Part shown: positions 10,066 through 20,236 of the stretch, piece after piece
Position numbering within the stretch: position 1 is the stretch's first letter
Layout: each line of letters opens with the position of its first letter
Notes under the pieces: generated by a model
The model's input: only the letters and a program-made list of their open reading frames with translations
Database searches by the model: none
What the model was told of the DNA's origin: nothing
DNA from: Gammaproteobacteria bacterium
GTDB taxonomy: Bacteria > Pseudomonadota > Gammaproteobacteria > SZUA-229
Assembly (NCBI GenBank): GCA_029882395.1
Contig: JAOUKT010000002.1
Span: forward strand, 50,165 to 114,164
DNA length: 64,000 nt
Direction of reading: 5' to 3'
Made by a program: the position numbers and the translations under genes

Positions 10066-11202
10066 ATGTCAGTACTACTCCGTACAATTAAGGCGATAAG
10101 CCTAATGTTCGTTAGTACCGAACTGTTTGCGGCAGCGCAAATGGACCTGACACCTGGTGTGACTGCAATCAGTCAAGAGGTTTACGAGCTCCACACATTA
10201 ATATTGTGGATCTGTGTAATCATCGGTGCCGGTGTCTTCGGTGTAATATTTATATCTATATTCAAACATAGAAAATCTAAGGGCGCCGTTGCGGCGAACT
10301 TCCACGATAACATGACTGTTGAAGTCTTATGGACTGTTATTCCGTTTTTGATATTGATTGGTATGGCTATTCCAGCTGCCAAGACATTAATTAAAATGGA
10401 ATCGCCAGCTGATGATGCAGAAGTGACGATTAAGATCACAGGTTATCAATGGAAGTGGAACTACGATTACATGCATGAAGGTTTTAATTACTTCAGTAAT
10501 CTGGCTCAAAGCAGCAAAGACGCGGTCAATTCAGATAATCCAAAAGACCGGGAAGGTATTAATTATCTGTTAGACGTGGATAACCGTATGGTTATTCCTG
10601 CAAATAAAAAGGTTCGTTTTCTGATGACGTCAAATGATGTTATCCACTCCTGGTGGGTGCCTGATTTTGCGGTTAAGAAAGATGCGATTCCAGGTTACAT
10701 CAACGAAGCATGGACGATTGTACCGAAAGAAGGTGTCTATCGCGGCCAGTGTGCCGAGCTTTGTGGTAAAGACCACGGCTTTATGCCGATTGTTGTTGAG
10801 GTTAAATCAGAGGCTGATTACGCGGCCTGGGTTGCTGAGAAAAAAGGTGTTGCCGCAGCGGCCGCAGCTGGTGACAGCAAAACCTGGACAATGGATGAGT
10901 TAATGGCAAAAGGTAAGGATATCTACAATGCCTCTTGTGCCGCTTGTCATATGGCAGAAGGTCAGGGTATACCTGCTGCAGGTTTCCCGGCACTTAAAGC
11001 TAGTGCTATTGCAACAGGGCCTGTTGCTGCTCACTTAGATATCGTTATCAATGGTAGTAAAGTAAATCCTGCCATGGCTGCTTATGGTGCTCAGATGTCT
11101 GATGCCGATCTTGCAGCAGTAATTACTTACGAGCGAAATGCTTGGGGTAACAATACTGGTGATGCCGTTCAACCTGCCGATGTAAAAGCGGCTAGAAAAT
11201 AA
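10066..11202 (+). CDS. coxB: Cytochrome c oxidase subunit II with fused C-terminal cytochrome c domain (caa3-like)
   Basis: CuA site HSWWVPDF...CAELCGKDHGFMP. C-terminal CAACH heme-c motif. Start placed at the second ATG, after GGGGGA. Confidence 0.9.
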   Translation: MSVLLRTIKAISLMFVSTELFAAAQMDLTPGVTAISQEVYELHTLILWICVIIGAGVFGVIFISIFKHRKSKGAVAANFHDNMTVEVLWTVIPFLILIGMAIPAAKTLIKMESPADDAEVTIKITGYQWKWNYDYMHEGFNYFSNLAQSSKDAVNSDNPKDREGINYLLDVDNRMVIPANKKVRFLMTSNDVIHSWWVPDFAVKKDAIPGYINEAWTIVPKEGVYRGQCAELCGKDHGFMPIVVEVKSEADYAAWVAEKKGVAAAAAAGDSKTWTMDELMAKGKDIYNASCAACHMAEGQGIPAAGFPALKASAIATGPVAAHLDIVINGSKVNPAMAAYGAQMSDADLAAVITYERNAWGNNTGDAVQPADVKAARK

Positions 11203-11217
11203 TTGGGGGATGCTCAA

Positions 11218-12783
11218 ATGAGTGATGATCATCACGATCATAAGCCTACGGGCTTAGGCCGCTGGTTATTCAGCACCAACCACAAAGACATCGGAACGAT
11301 GTACCTATGGTTCAGCTTTATTATGCTGTTCATCGGTGGTGGTATGGCCATGATAATACGCGCCGAGTTATATCAGCCTGGTATGCAGCTGGTAGATCCG
11401 GATTTCTTTAATCAAATGACTACCTTGCACGGTCTGATCATGGTATTTGGTGTGATCATGCCAGCCTTTGTTGGTTTTGCGAACTGGTTAGTGCCAATGA
11501 TGATTGGTGCACCGGATATGGCATTGCCACGTATGAACAACATGAGCTTCTGGATACTTCCCTTTGCTTTTGGTACGTTGCTTAGCACGCTGTTTATGGA
11601 AGGTTCTGCGCCGAACTTCGGCTGGACTTTCTACGCACCGCTATCAACCACATACGGGCCGGCATCGACGGACTACTTTATCTTTGGTGTTCACTTAATG
11701 GGTATCTCATCCATTATGGGTTCGATCAACGTTATCGTAACCATCCTGAATATGCGTGCGCCTGGCATGACATTAATGAAGATGCCTATCTTTGTCTGGA
11801 CATGGTTAATCACCGCTTTCTTATTGATCGCGGTTATGCCGGTGCTTGCAGGTGTGGTAACAATGATGTTAACTGACCGTAACTTCGGTACTTCGTTCTT
11901 CGAAGCCGCAGGTGGTGGTGATCCGGTTATGTTCCAGCATGTATTCTGGTTCTTCGGTCATCCGGAAGTTTACATCATGATCTTGCCTTCATTTGGTATC
12001 ATCTCGCAGATCATTCCTACGTTTGCACGTAAGAAACTGTTTGGTTACAGCTCAATGGTGTATGCAACCGCATCGATTGCGATTTTGTCATTCATCGTCT
12101 GGGCGCATCACATGTACACAGTCGGCATGCCATTGGCAGGCGAACTGTTCTTCATGCTGGCAACCATGCTGATCGCAGTACCAACGGGTGTTAAGGTCTT
12201 TAACTGGACGGCAACTATGTGGAAAGGTTCGCTCACTTTCGAAACACCTATGTTGTTCTCGGTTGCTTTCATTATCCTGTTCACCATCGGTGGTTTCTCA
12301 GGTCTGATGATGTCAATCACGCCAGTGGATTTCCAGTATCACGATACTTACTTCATCGTGGCTCACTTCCATTACGTTCTGGTTACCGGTGCATTGTTTG
12401 CGATCTTCGCAGGTGCGTATTACTGGCTGCCTAAATGGACCGGTAACATGTATGACGAAACACTGGGTAAAGTCCATTTCTGGATTTCACTGGTGTCGGT
12501 TAATGTCCTGTTCTTCCCAATGCATTTCTTAGGTCTGGCGGGCATGCCTCGTCGTATTCCTGATTACGCATTGCAGTTCACTGACTTTAACCAGATGGCG
12601 TCAATCGGTGCATTTGTATTCGGTGGTATTCAGCTGTTATTCCTTTACATCGTGATCAAGTGTATCCGCGGTGGTGAGAAAGCAACTGACCAGGTTTGGG
12701 AAGGCGCGGAAGGTCTTGAGTTTGAGCAATTGCCATCTCCAGCACCTTTCCATAGCTTCACTCAAGCTCCGGAAGTGAAATAA
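11218..12783 (+). CDS. coxA: Cytochrome c oxidase subunit I
   Basis: Canonical COX1 sequence (GGGDPVMFQHVFWFFGHPEVY, HHMYTVGM). Confidence 0.95.
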   Translation: MSDDHHDHKPTGLGRWLFSTNHKDIGTMYLWFSFIMLFIGGGMAMIIRAELYQPGMQLVDPDFFNQMTTLHGLIMVFGVIMPAFVGFANWLVPMMIGAPDMALPRMNNMSFWILPFAFGTLLSTLFMEGSAPNFGWTFYAPLSTTYGPASTDYFIFGVHLMGISSIMGSINVIVTILNMRAPGMTLMKMPIFVWTWLITAFLLIAVMPVLAGVVTMMLTDRNFGTSFFEAAGGGDPVMFQHVFWFFGHPEVYIMILPSFGIISQIIPTFARKKLFGYSSMVYATASIAILSFIVWAHHMYTVGMPLAGELFFMLATMLIAVPTGVKVFNWTATMWKGSLTFETPMLFSVAFIILFTIGGFSGLMMSITPVDFQYHDTYFIVAHFHYVLVTGALFAIFAGAYYWLPKWTGNMYDETLGKVHFWISLVSVNVLFFPMHFLGLAGMPRRIPDYALQFTDFNQMASIGAFVFGGIQLLFLYIVIKCIRGGEKATDQVWEGAEGLEFEQLPSPAPFHSFTQAPEVK

Positions 12784-12793
12784 GGAAACGACA

Positions 12794-13369
12794 ATGACTG
12801 ACCAGAACCAACAAAAAAACGAAAATAGCAAAGTGGTTAAAAAACTACTGCTGGCAACCGTCTTTATGTTCGGTTTTGGTTATGCATTGGTTCCCCTGTA
12901 TAACATTTTTTGTGACATAACCGGTTTGAATGGAAAAACCAGTGATCAAGCTGCTGTCGTTAAAGCGGCAGATATTGATAATAATCGCTGGGTAACGGTT
13001 GAGTTCATTGGTAATCTCAATGACAACATGCCGTGGAAATTCAGGCCGGCTATTTCAAAAATGAAAGTACGCCCGGGAGAACCAAGTCGAATCAATTATG
13101 TCGCTAAGAACGTATCATCCAGTTCAATTACTGGAAATGCCGTTCCTAGTGTATCGCCTGGACAGGCTGCAAAATATTTTACAAAGACAGAATGTTTTTG
13201 TTTTACGCAGCAAGAATTAAAGTCGGGTGAAGAAAAGGAAATGCCTGTAGTGTTTATCGTCGATAAAAATTTACCGAAACGCATAAATACGGTGACACTT
13301 TCTTATACATTCTTTAATAGTCCAGTGGCAAAGAAAGAGAAATCTTCTGTGTCGATGGCAAAAAAATAA
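12794..13369 (+). CDS. ctaG: Cytochrome c oxidase assembly protein Cox11/CtaG
   Basis: LVPLYNIFCDITG N-terminus and the CFCF copper-binding motif. Confidence 0.85.
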   Translation: MTDQNQQKNENSKVVKKLLLATVFMFGFGYALVPLYNIFCDITGLNGKTSDQAAVVKAADIDNNRWVTVEFIGNLNDNMPWKFRPAISKMKVRPGEPSRINYVAKNVSSSSITGNAVPSVSPGQAAKYFTKTECFCFTQQELKSGEEKEMPVVFIVDKNLPKRINTVTLSYTFFNSPVAKKEKSSVSMAKK

Positions 13370-13381
13370 AGGGTAAGTATT

Positions 13382-14251
13382 ATGTCTACAAATGATGGAT
13401 ATTATATTCCCGAACCCAGTAAATGGCCGATAATTGCAAGTCTTACATTATTTGTCACAGTGTTCGGAGCAGTAAATACAATTCATGGAACAAGCTTTGG
13501 TATGCCGATCCTCATGATTGGTCTCATATCTGTTTTAGCGATGATGTATGGCTGGTTTAGTACAGTTGTTGCAGAATCGCCTAGCTATAACGGCCAGGTC
13601 GATGTCTCATTCCGAATGGGTATGATGTGGTTCATCCTTTCTGAAGTGATGTTCTTCGCGGCGTTCTTCGGTGCATTATTCTACGCGCGTGTTTTAGTCA
13701 TGCCGTGGTTAGGTGGTGCCGGCAATAATGCGATGACGCATGAAGTGTTGTGGCCGACGTTTGAAGCCGTCTGGCCGATTCTGACTAATCCTGATAATAC
13801 GGCATTTGTTGCGCCTAAAGAAGCGATGGGTGCATGGGGTCTGCCAGCAATCAATACACTGTTGCTGTTAACATCTTCTGTTACTTTGACTATTGCGCAT
13901 CATGCGTTACGTAAAGGTGAGCGTGCGAAGTTAAATTTGTGGATGATTGTTACGCTGGCGTTAGGTGTCGCATTCCTGGTGTTACAGGTTGTCGAGTATA
14001 TGCACGCATATGACGACGCAATGGGTTTGACTTTGGCATCAGGTATTTATGGTAGTACCTTCTTCATGTTGACCGGTTTCCACGGTTTCCATGTAACGAT
14101 TGGTGGCATCATGATCGCGGTTATGCTGGTGCGTTGCCTGAAAGGTCACTTTACGGCAGATAATCACTTCGCATTCGAAGCGGCTGCCTGGTACTGGCAT
14201 TTCGTTGACGTGGTATGGTTAGGTCTGTTTATCTTTGTTTACATTTTATAA
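13382..14251 (+). CDS. coxC: Cytochrome c oxidase subunit III
   Basis: 7-TM COX3 fold with conserved FHGFHV. Confidence 0.9.
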   Translation: MSTNDGYYIPEPSKWPIIASLTLFVTVFGAVNTIHGTSFGMPILMIGLISVLAMMYGWFSTVVAESPSYNGQVDVSFRMGMMWFILSEVMFFAAFFGALFYARVLVMPWLGGAGNNAMTHEVLWPTFEAVWPILTNPDNTAFVAPKEAMGAWGLPAINTLLLLTSSVTLTIAHHALRKGERAKLNLWMIVTLALGVAFLVLQVVEYMHAYDDAMGLTLASGIYGSTFFMLTGFHGFHVTIGGIMIAVMLVRCLKGHFTADNHFAFEAAAWYWHFVDVVWLGLFIFVYIL

Positions 14252-14267
14252 AAAGCTATCTTGTGCG

Positions 14268-14298
14268 CGAGAGCAATGTTATAAACAAATTGCTCTCG
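14268..14298. terminator. Hairpin terminator between convergent coxC and the DUF2909 gene (cgagagcaat...attgctctcg)
   Basis: 10-bp stem. A T-run follows on the minus strand and a weaker one on the plus strand. Confidence 0.5.
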
Positions 14299-14330
14299 AA
14301 TCACAATATCCGCTTTTTAGTAAGTGAAGG

Positions 14331-14537
14331 TTAGGTAATTGCATGGGGTGTGATCCATCCCATGTAAGCTCCGAAGAAAATAAGAAAAAAGAGTAAGACA
14401 GAAAGAGCAATGCGATAAGTAAGCGAATTAACCACTCCATCGGGGTTACGTTCTTTGCGTACCATATGATATAGGGCTCTACCCAGACTCGCTAAGATCA
14501 TAAGTAAAAGAATAATGATGATGGATTTGAATAACAT
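14331..14537 (-). CDS. DUF2909 small twin-TM protein associated with cytochrome oxidase clusters
   Basis: 68 aa, two TM helices, resembles the small ORF found between coxC and SURF1 in pseudomonads. Here it lies on the opposite strand. Confidence 0.6.
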   Translation of the reverse strand: MLFKSIIIILLLMILASLGRALYHMVRKERNPDGVVNSLTYRIALSVLLFFLIFFGAYMGWITPHAIT

Positions 14538-14588
14538 AGCTATACCATTTTTAAATCAGTGAAAGTACACTGATTGTATATTGAATTG

Positions 14589-15353
14589 ATGACTCGAACT
14601 ATGCTGGATTTACGATTATTTACAATCAGGCTCGGGTCCTACGCGTTTAGTCCGAAATTAATACCAACAGTGGTTACACTGCTGTTGTTATATCTGTTGT
14701 ATTCATTAGGGCTGTGGCAGTTGTCACGTGCCGAAGCCAAGCAAAATCTCAAGCAGCAAATTGATACGCGTCGCGAATTAAAACCAGTTGAGCTGGAATT
14801 ATTGCCAAATGCCGATCAGGACAGGCAGTTTGTGCCCGTTACACTAAGGGGTTTTTTCGATACCAAAAAAAGCTTCCTGCTGGATAATAAAGTCATGGAG
14901 ATGAAAGCCGGCTATCAGGTGGTTACACCCTTTAAAAATGAAAGCGGTGGCTGGGTGTTAGTCAACAGAGGCTGGATAGAGAGGTCACAATACCGCACTG
15001 AGCTGCCAGTGTTCGGAACGCCTGAGGGCGAGATAACATTAGCTGGTTTCGTGCGCACCCCCTATGAAAAAGTCTTTATGCTTGAAGACCAGCAATATGA
15101 CCTGAGCCGGTGGCCAGTGATAATACAAAGCGTTAATATAGAAGAACTGGCCGGTGTTTTAAATAGTGAGCTAAAGCCATTTGTAGTATTGCTGAATCAG
15201 GACTCGGCAGCTGGTTTTAACCGGAGCTGGCCCGCTTATAAGTTAGATAGTCAAAAACACATTGGTTATGCTGTGCAATGGTTTGCTCTGTTTTGCGCGT
15301 TACTCGGCATATTTTTTATAGTTAACACAAAAAGAAATGAAAACAATGAATGA
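14589..15353 (+). CDS. SURF1 family cytochrome oxidase biogenesis protein
   Basis: Two flanking TM helices and SURF1-like core (LGLWQLSRAEAKQNL...GYQVVTPF...VLVNRGWI). Confidence 0.85.
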   Translation: MTRTMLDLRLFTIRLGSYAFSPKLIPTVVTLLLLYLLYSLGLWQLSRAEAKQNLKQQIDTRRELKPVELELLPNADQDRQFVPVTLRGFFDTKKSFLLDNKVMEMKAGYQVVTPFKNESGGWVLVNRGWIERSQYRTELPVFGTPEGEITLAGFVRTPYEKVFMLEDQQYDLSRWPVIIQSVNIEELAGVLNSELKPFVVLLNQDSAAGFNRSWPAYKLDSQKHIGYAVQWFALFCALLGIFFIVNTKRNENNE

Positions 15354-15948
15354 AGAAGTAAATAATAATAATTTTAAACCGTATATGTTATGGCTGCTGA
15401 TATTTACTTTCATTGCGCCAATTGCTGCAGCGTACTGGTTATATAACGTAGGCGGTACTGAGAACACGGTTAACCGCGGGGAATTTATCAATCCTGTGGT
15501 GCAGTTGCTGGATATGCAGCTGCAAACTGTCGGCGGAGAAGTTGCAACAGAAAAGCAGCTATATGGCCACTGGCATATGATGTTTTTTATGAATGCCGAT
15601 TGCGATAAAAAATGCGAAGAAACCATTTACACTATGCGTCAGATTAAAACCTCTTTGCATAAAGAGTCACCAAGGTTTGTTAATCTGCTGATCCATTTTG
15701 ATAAAAATATCAGTGATGAGTTCCGCGCCAAGATCGAGTCGCACTATGCGAATTTTGACCGTTATATTGGCGATAAAGAGGTGTTTAACCGCATGCTGGG
15801 CTATTCAGGTGAAGAGCTGGCAAATAAAAACATTATCTTTATGGTAGATCCGATTGGTAATGTTATTTTGAAATACAGCAGAGACAAAACCGCTAAAGAT
15901 ATTATCAGTGATATTAAAAGACTGCTAAAAGCATCGCAAATTGGGTAA
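15337..15948 (+). CDS. Membrane-anchored thioredoxin-fold protein, Sco-like paralog with degenerate CxxxC (FFMNADCDKKCEE)
   Basis: N-terminal TM helix. The CxxxC aligns with the Sco FxxTxCPDVCP region. Position between SURF1 and ctaA matches hypothetical ORFs in other cox clusters. Confidence 0.45.
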   Translation: MKTMNEEVNNNNFKPYMLWLLIFTFIAPIAAAYWLYNVGGTENTVNRGEFINPVVQLLDMQLQTVGGEVATEKQLYGHWHMMFFMNADCDKKCEETIYTMRQIKTSLHKESPRFVNLLIHFDKNISDEFRAKIESHYANFDRYIGDKEVFNRMLGYSGEELANKNIIFMVDPIGNVILKYSRDKTAKDIISDIKRLLKASQIG

Positions 15949-15952
15949 GACT

Positions 15953-16945
15953 ATGAAGAATCTATTAACACACAAACTAACATTTGGTACAGCGTGTCTC
16001 GCACTTGTTGTGATTTTACTCGGCGCATGGACTCGACTGAGTGATGCCGGTCTTGGTTGTCCGGACTGGCCGGGTTGTTACGGTCATTTAACCGTACCGC
16101 AATCAGAGCAGGCTTTGTCTAAAGCGAAAGAATTATTCCCCGAACATCAAGTGGTGGCTGAGAAAGCATGGCCGGAAATGATTCATCGCTATTTTGCGGG
16201 CACACTGGGTTTGCTGGTTTTTTTGATCACTTTTTTATTAATTAAGTATAAAGAACAAACAAAAGGCATGCTGCCGCTGGCCGTCGGGCTCAGTGTCCTG
16301 ATTGTATTCCAGGCGCTTTTAGGTATGTGGACGGTTACCCTGGGACTCTGGCCTTTAACGGTGATGGGGCACCTGTTAGGTGGCTTCGTGACCCTGAGTA
16401 TGCTTTGGTATATTACATTAAGGCTGCGCGATCGGCAGCTTGAATTTCATCAGCATGAATTAAAAGGCCTGGTGAAAATAGCGATAGTGGTGGTTATCTT
16501 GCAGATATTTTTAGGTGGCTGGACCAGCTCAAACTATGCCGCCATCATCTGTACAGACTTTCCGAGCTGTCAGGGCAGCCTGTTTCCGCCAATGGATTTT
16601 ATCAGTGCATTTCAGTTATGGGGGCATGGTGTTGATAATTATGAGTTTGGTATCTTAGGCAATGATGCGCGTGTAACCATTCAATGGACACACCGTTTAG
16701 GTGCTTATATCACCATCGCCGTTATCGGTTTTATGTTAATGAAAGTATGGCAATATAAACGCTTAAGAAATTTACTGAAAATCATTGCTGGCTTGTTAAC
16801 GTTGCAGGTGATTCTGGGTATCAGCAATGTTTTGTTTTCTATTCCGATGGCTATTGCGCTTGCCCACAATGGTATTGCGGTAATGCTGTTATTAAGTCTG
16901 GTAACATTATTTCATTATATGTCTTTGCCAAAAGAGAGATTTTGA
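15953..16945 (+). CDS. ctaA: Heme A synthase
   Basis: CPDWPGCYG motif, 8 TM helices, conserved His residues. Confidence 0.85.
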   Translation: MKNLLTHKLTFGTACLALVVILLGAWTRLSDAGLGCPDWPGCYGHLTVPQSEQALSKAKELFPEHQVVAEKAWPEMIHRYFAGTLGLLVFLITFLLIKYKEQTKGMLPLAVGLSVLIVFQALLGMWTVTLGLWPLTVMGHLLGGFVTLSMLWYITLRLRDRQLEFHQHELKGLVKIAIVVVILQIFLGGWTSSNYAAIICTDFPSCQGSLFPPMDFISAFQLWGHGVDNYEFGILGNDARVTIQWTHRLGAYITIAVIGFMLMKVWQYKRLRNLLKIIAGLLTLQVILGISNVLFSIPMAIALAHNGIAVMLLLSLVTLFHYMSLPKERF

Positions 16946-16947
16946 TT

Positions 16948-17850
16948 ATGAGTGAAGCGGATGCTGTAATGAATGAAACAGGCCGTGCAGGCTGGCACGA
17001 ATATTATGAAATGTGTAAACCGAAAGTGGTTGCGCTTTTAATACTGACGTCTGTCGTCGGAACCGTGCTGGCTTTTCCAGCCTGGGCTATTGAATGGGAT
17101 ATTTTGATTGTTGCAAACCTGGGTATTGGTCTGGCAGCAGCGTCTGGTGCTGCTGTGAATCAGCTGGTTGAATATAAAACAGATGCCAAGATGAGAAGAA
17201 CGGAAGGTCGGCCCTTACCAACGGGGCGCTTAAATGTTAAACATGCCTTTATCTTTGCCGTTGTGCTTGGCGCTGTGTCAATGGCAATTCTGGTGCTGTA
17301 TATCAATGTACTGACGGCCGTACTGACGTTTGCCAGCCTGATTGGTTATGCGGTGATATATACCATGTATTTAAAACGTGCTACGCCGCAAAATATTGTG
17401 ATTGGTGGCCTGGCTGGAGCGACGCCACCATTGCTCGGCTGGACAGCCGTCACAAACGCGGTCGATCCTTATGGGTTATTGTTAGTGCTGATTATATTTA
17501 CCTGGACGCCGCCGCATTTTTGGGCGCTGGCAATTCACCGACGTGATGACTACGCTAAAGTGGCTATTCCAATGCTGCCCGTTACCCACGGTATAAAATA
17601 TACAAAGCTGGCGATTGTCGCTTATACCATTCTGATGTTTATCGTCACCCTGTTACCTTATCTTGCCTATTATGCGGGCTGGATATATTTAACGGCGGCC
17701 GTCGTTTTGGGTGGCTACTTTATTTATAAGTCGTTTGAACTGATGTTTACAGAACGCGAAAAGGCAGCGATTCAGACCTTTGTCTATTCGATTAATTATT
17801 TAATGTTATTGTTTGTCGCTCTGGTGGCAGATCATTATATTTTGAGTTGA
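16948..17850 (+). CDS. ctaB: Protoheme IX farnesyltransferase (heme O synthase)
   Basis: UbiA-family motifs (NQLVEYKTDAKMRRTEGRPLPTGR) and TM topology. Confidence 0.9.
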   Translation: MSEADAVMNETGRAGWHEYYEMCKPKVVALLILTSVVGTVLAFPAWAIEWDILIVANLGIGLAAASGAAVNQLVEYKTDAKMRRTEGRPLPTGRLNVKHAFIFAVVLGAVSMAILVLYINVLTAVLTFASLIGYAVIYTMYLKRATPQNIVIGGLAGATPPLLGWTAVTNAVDPYGLLLVLIIFTWTPPHFWALAIHRRDDYAKVAIPMLPVTHGIKYTKLAIVAYTILMFIVTLLPYLAYYAGWIYLTAAVVLGGYFIYKSFELMFTEREKAAIQTFVYSINYLMLLFVALVADHYILS

Positions 17851-17853
17851 AAA

Positions 17854-18501
17854 ATGAATAAATTAACAAAGCTAGCGATGGTGTTATTGTTATCGATATT
17901 CTCTATGTGGGCCGGCTTTAAATTAAGCTCGGTGATTGATCAGGATAAAAACATAACGCCGATTATTGAAGGTACCGTGCTTCATCCTGCGCGGCAGTTG
18001 AGTCAGTTTCAACTGATGGATCAGCGCCGACATGATTTTGGGTTGCCGCAATTAACCGCTAAATGGTCTTTAATTTTCATTGGCTATACAAATTGCCCGG
18101 ATGTTTGCCCGAACACGCTTTCGGTTTTGAAGCAGGCTTACATCGATATGGGTGTTATAAAAATGGAACTGCCGCAGGTCGTTTTTGTGTCAATAGATCC
18201 GCAAAGAGATGATGCAGAAATTCTGGGTGACTATGTCTATTACTTTGACCCTTCGTTTGTTGCGATCACCGGCAAAAAAGCGGAGCTGGATAATTTGTCA
18301 AAGCAACTCAGTTCAGTTTATCTGAAAGCGGCGGGCGCTAGCGGCGACCTGACAAAAGATGATTATTTATATGACCACAGCGCTGCGATATTGGTAGTCA
18401 ACCCAAAGGCGCAGCTTCAGGCTGTTTTTACCGCGCCACATAATAAACTGGGTATAGTCGATGGTATGCAAAAGATTATCGCGTTCTATAACAAACAGTA
18501 A
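17854..18501 (+). CDS. SCO1/SenC copper chaperone
   Basis: FIGYTNCPDVCP CxxxC motif, downstream conserved His, N-terminal anchor. Confidence 0.85.
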   Translation: MNKLTKLAMVLLLSIFSMWAGFKLSSVIDQDKNITPIIEGTVLHPARQLSQFQLMDQRRHDFGLPQLTAKWSLIFIGYTNCPDVCPNTLSVLKQAYIDMGVIKMELPQVVFVSIDPQRDDAEILGDYVYYFDPSFVAITGKKAELDNLSKQLSSVYLKAAGASGDLTKDDYLYDHSAAILVVNPKAQLQAVFTAPHNKLGIVDGMQKIIAFYNKQ

Positions 18502-18948
18502 AAAATAGCCTGAGATGAGCTGTTTTCCGTCTGTCTCGGGCAATGCGTGTGAACATTAATCGGCCTCAATTGAATTTTTTATTTACTTTTCAGAGGCTTA
18601 AGAAATATTAGTTTATTAGTTTTTTCTGTCATACTTATGGATATAAAAACTGTTTGATTCATCAGTTTTTTTCTTATACTCTGTATAAGATTATATTTTA
18701 AAGGTATTTGAGCTTTAGAATTTAACCAGCTAAATAATAAACGTGATACGGCAGATTAAAATGCTGCGTGTTTCGTTTTCCCGACCAGGCTAATGAAACG
18801 TACTATGTCAGTACCGATTTAAAAGAGTTGCTTGTACTTGCGCTGTTAACACAAAAACAATGAACGGCCACCGTACTCTTTAGTTGAAATCGTTACACGT
18901 TTTATTGAAAGAGTCTGACAGCCTAACGAGGAATAAAGGTGGATACTC

Positions 18949-19773
18949 ATGAATGAAACAACCCTAAACCAGAATGATGATAGTCATACTGAAGAACTTA
19001 AAAGACAAAAAATAATTATTAATCAGCTTGATATCAGCAGTCCTGGAAAATGGCTGAAGGCAGGCTGGAATGATATCAAGACTACACCGCTGGCAAGCCT
19101 TGCATACGGCACTTTATTTGCTGCCATCGGCATGCTTCTGGTTTATGCCTATTCGAGTTCATCGCATCTGGTTTTTGCGATTACAACAGGCTTTCTTTTG
19201 CTGGGGCCTTTTCTGGCTGTTGGCTTATATGCCATAAGCAGAAACACGCAAGATACTGCAAAATGCGAAACAAAAATGTCTTTTTTTAAAGGTATTAAAG
19301 CCGGTTGTGGCAATCCTGATTGTATTGCAATGTATGCTTTATTGCTGGGCATCATTACGGTTGCCTGGGTAAGGCTGTCGGCAATACTGGCTGCTTTGTT
19401 TTTTAATTCGGCACTGCTAACCTCGCATGATATGTCAGTCATGGAATTATTGTATTCAGAGAACAGTGTTGGCTTTTTAACCATGTATATTGCGATCGGT
19501 GCCATAATTGCGCTTTTTGTGTTTTCGATAAGCGCGATTTCCATTCCAATGATTATGGATAAAGAGATGGATTGCATCACCACATCTATTACCAGCTTTA
19601 AAGCCGTAATGAAAAATAAAATACCAATGCTCTACTGGGCGATGTTAATCGTACTTTTTACCGGCATAGGCATGGCAACTTTTGGTATCGGTTTGATTAT
19701 CACTATGCCGCTGATCGGGCATGCAACATGGCACGCTTATCGTGACCTGATCAAGACTGAGCAAGCCGCGTAA
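18949..19773 (+). CDS. DUF2189-like integral membrane protein
   Basis: Multi-TM protein of about 270 aa with the N-terminal soluble stretch typical of DUF2189. Assignment is by resemblance only. Confidence 0.5.
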   Translation: MNETTLNQNDDSHTEELKRQKIIINQLDISSPGKWLKAGWNDIKTTPLASLAYGTLFAAIGMLLVYAYSSSSHLVFAITTGFLLLGPFLAVGLYAISRNTQDTAKCETKMSFFKGIKAGCGNPDCIAMYALLLGIITVAWVRLSAILAALFFNSALLTSHDMSVMELLYSENSVGFLTMYIAIGAIIALFVFSISAISIPMIMDKEMDCITTSITSFKAVMKNKIPMLYWAMLIVLFTGIGMATFGIGLIITMPLIGHATWHAYRDLIKTEQAA

Positions 19774-19783
19774 TAACAGCAAT

Positions 19784-19812
19784 AAAAAAGCCGGACAAGT
19801 CCGGCTTTTTTA
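19784..19812. terminator. Bidirectional rho-independent terminator (aaaaaagccggacaagtccggctttttt)
   Basis: GC stem flanked by an A-run and a T-run, between convergent genes. Confidence 0.7.
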
Positions 19813-19835
19813 TTTTCACACGCATAGTATCGAAA

Positions 19836-20210
19836 CTAATACATCAACAGATACAGTTCATTGCCTTCGATCGACAGGCTTAATTCTTCGAGGCTGCTGC
19901 CGGCACATGGCCCGGACAGGCAGTATCCGCTGTCTATTTCAAAAAGCGCATTATGTACACAGCACTGAATAAACGCATGATCAAGGTCAAGGAACTGGTT
20001 TTGTTGCCAGTTTAAACTGGCACCGGTATGCGGGCAGCTGTTCTTATAGGCAAAAAACTGACCGTCTTTGTGGATAACAAATATCTCGTGGGTCTTTCGC
20101 CTGTCTTCTAAACTGAATTCGCAGGCCCCCGGGTCAGCAATGCTGTCAAGCGTACAGAGTTTGAATTTCATGCGTTGCTCTATGCTCAAAGAATGAGATA
20201 ATAACAGCAT
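19836..20210 (-). CDS. Rieske [2Fe-2S] domain protein
   Basis: CPHTG...CCVHNA arrangement (CxH ... CxxH). Confidence 0.75.
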   Translation of the reverse strand: MLLLSHSLSIEQRMKFKLCTLDSIADPGACEFSLEDRRKTHEIFVIHKDGQFFAYKNSCPHTGASLNWQQNQFLDLDHAFIQCCVHNALFEIDSGYCLSGPCAGSSLEELSLSIEGNELYLLMY

Positions 20211-20236
20211 TTACTGACTTATAATTAGAAAAAACA

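Noticed and set aside
10050-11220. Shared tgggggatg motif directly upstream of both coxB and coxA start codons as a special regulatory element
   Set aside because: It is most simply a G-rich Shine-Dalgarno variant followed by an in-frame upstream ATG. There is no evidence for anything beyond translation initiation.
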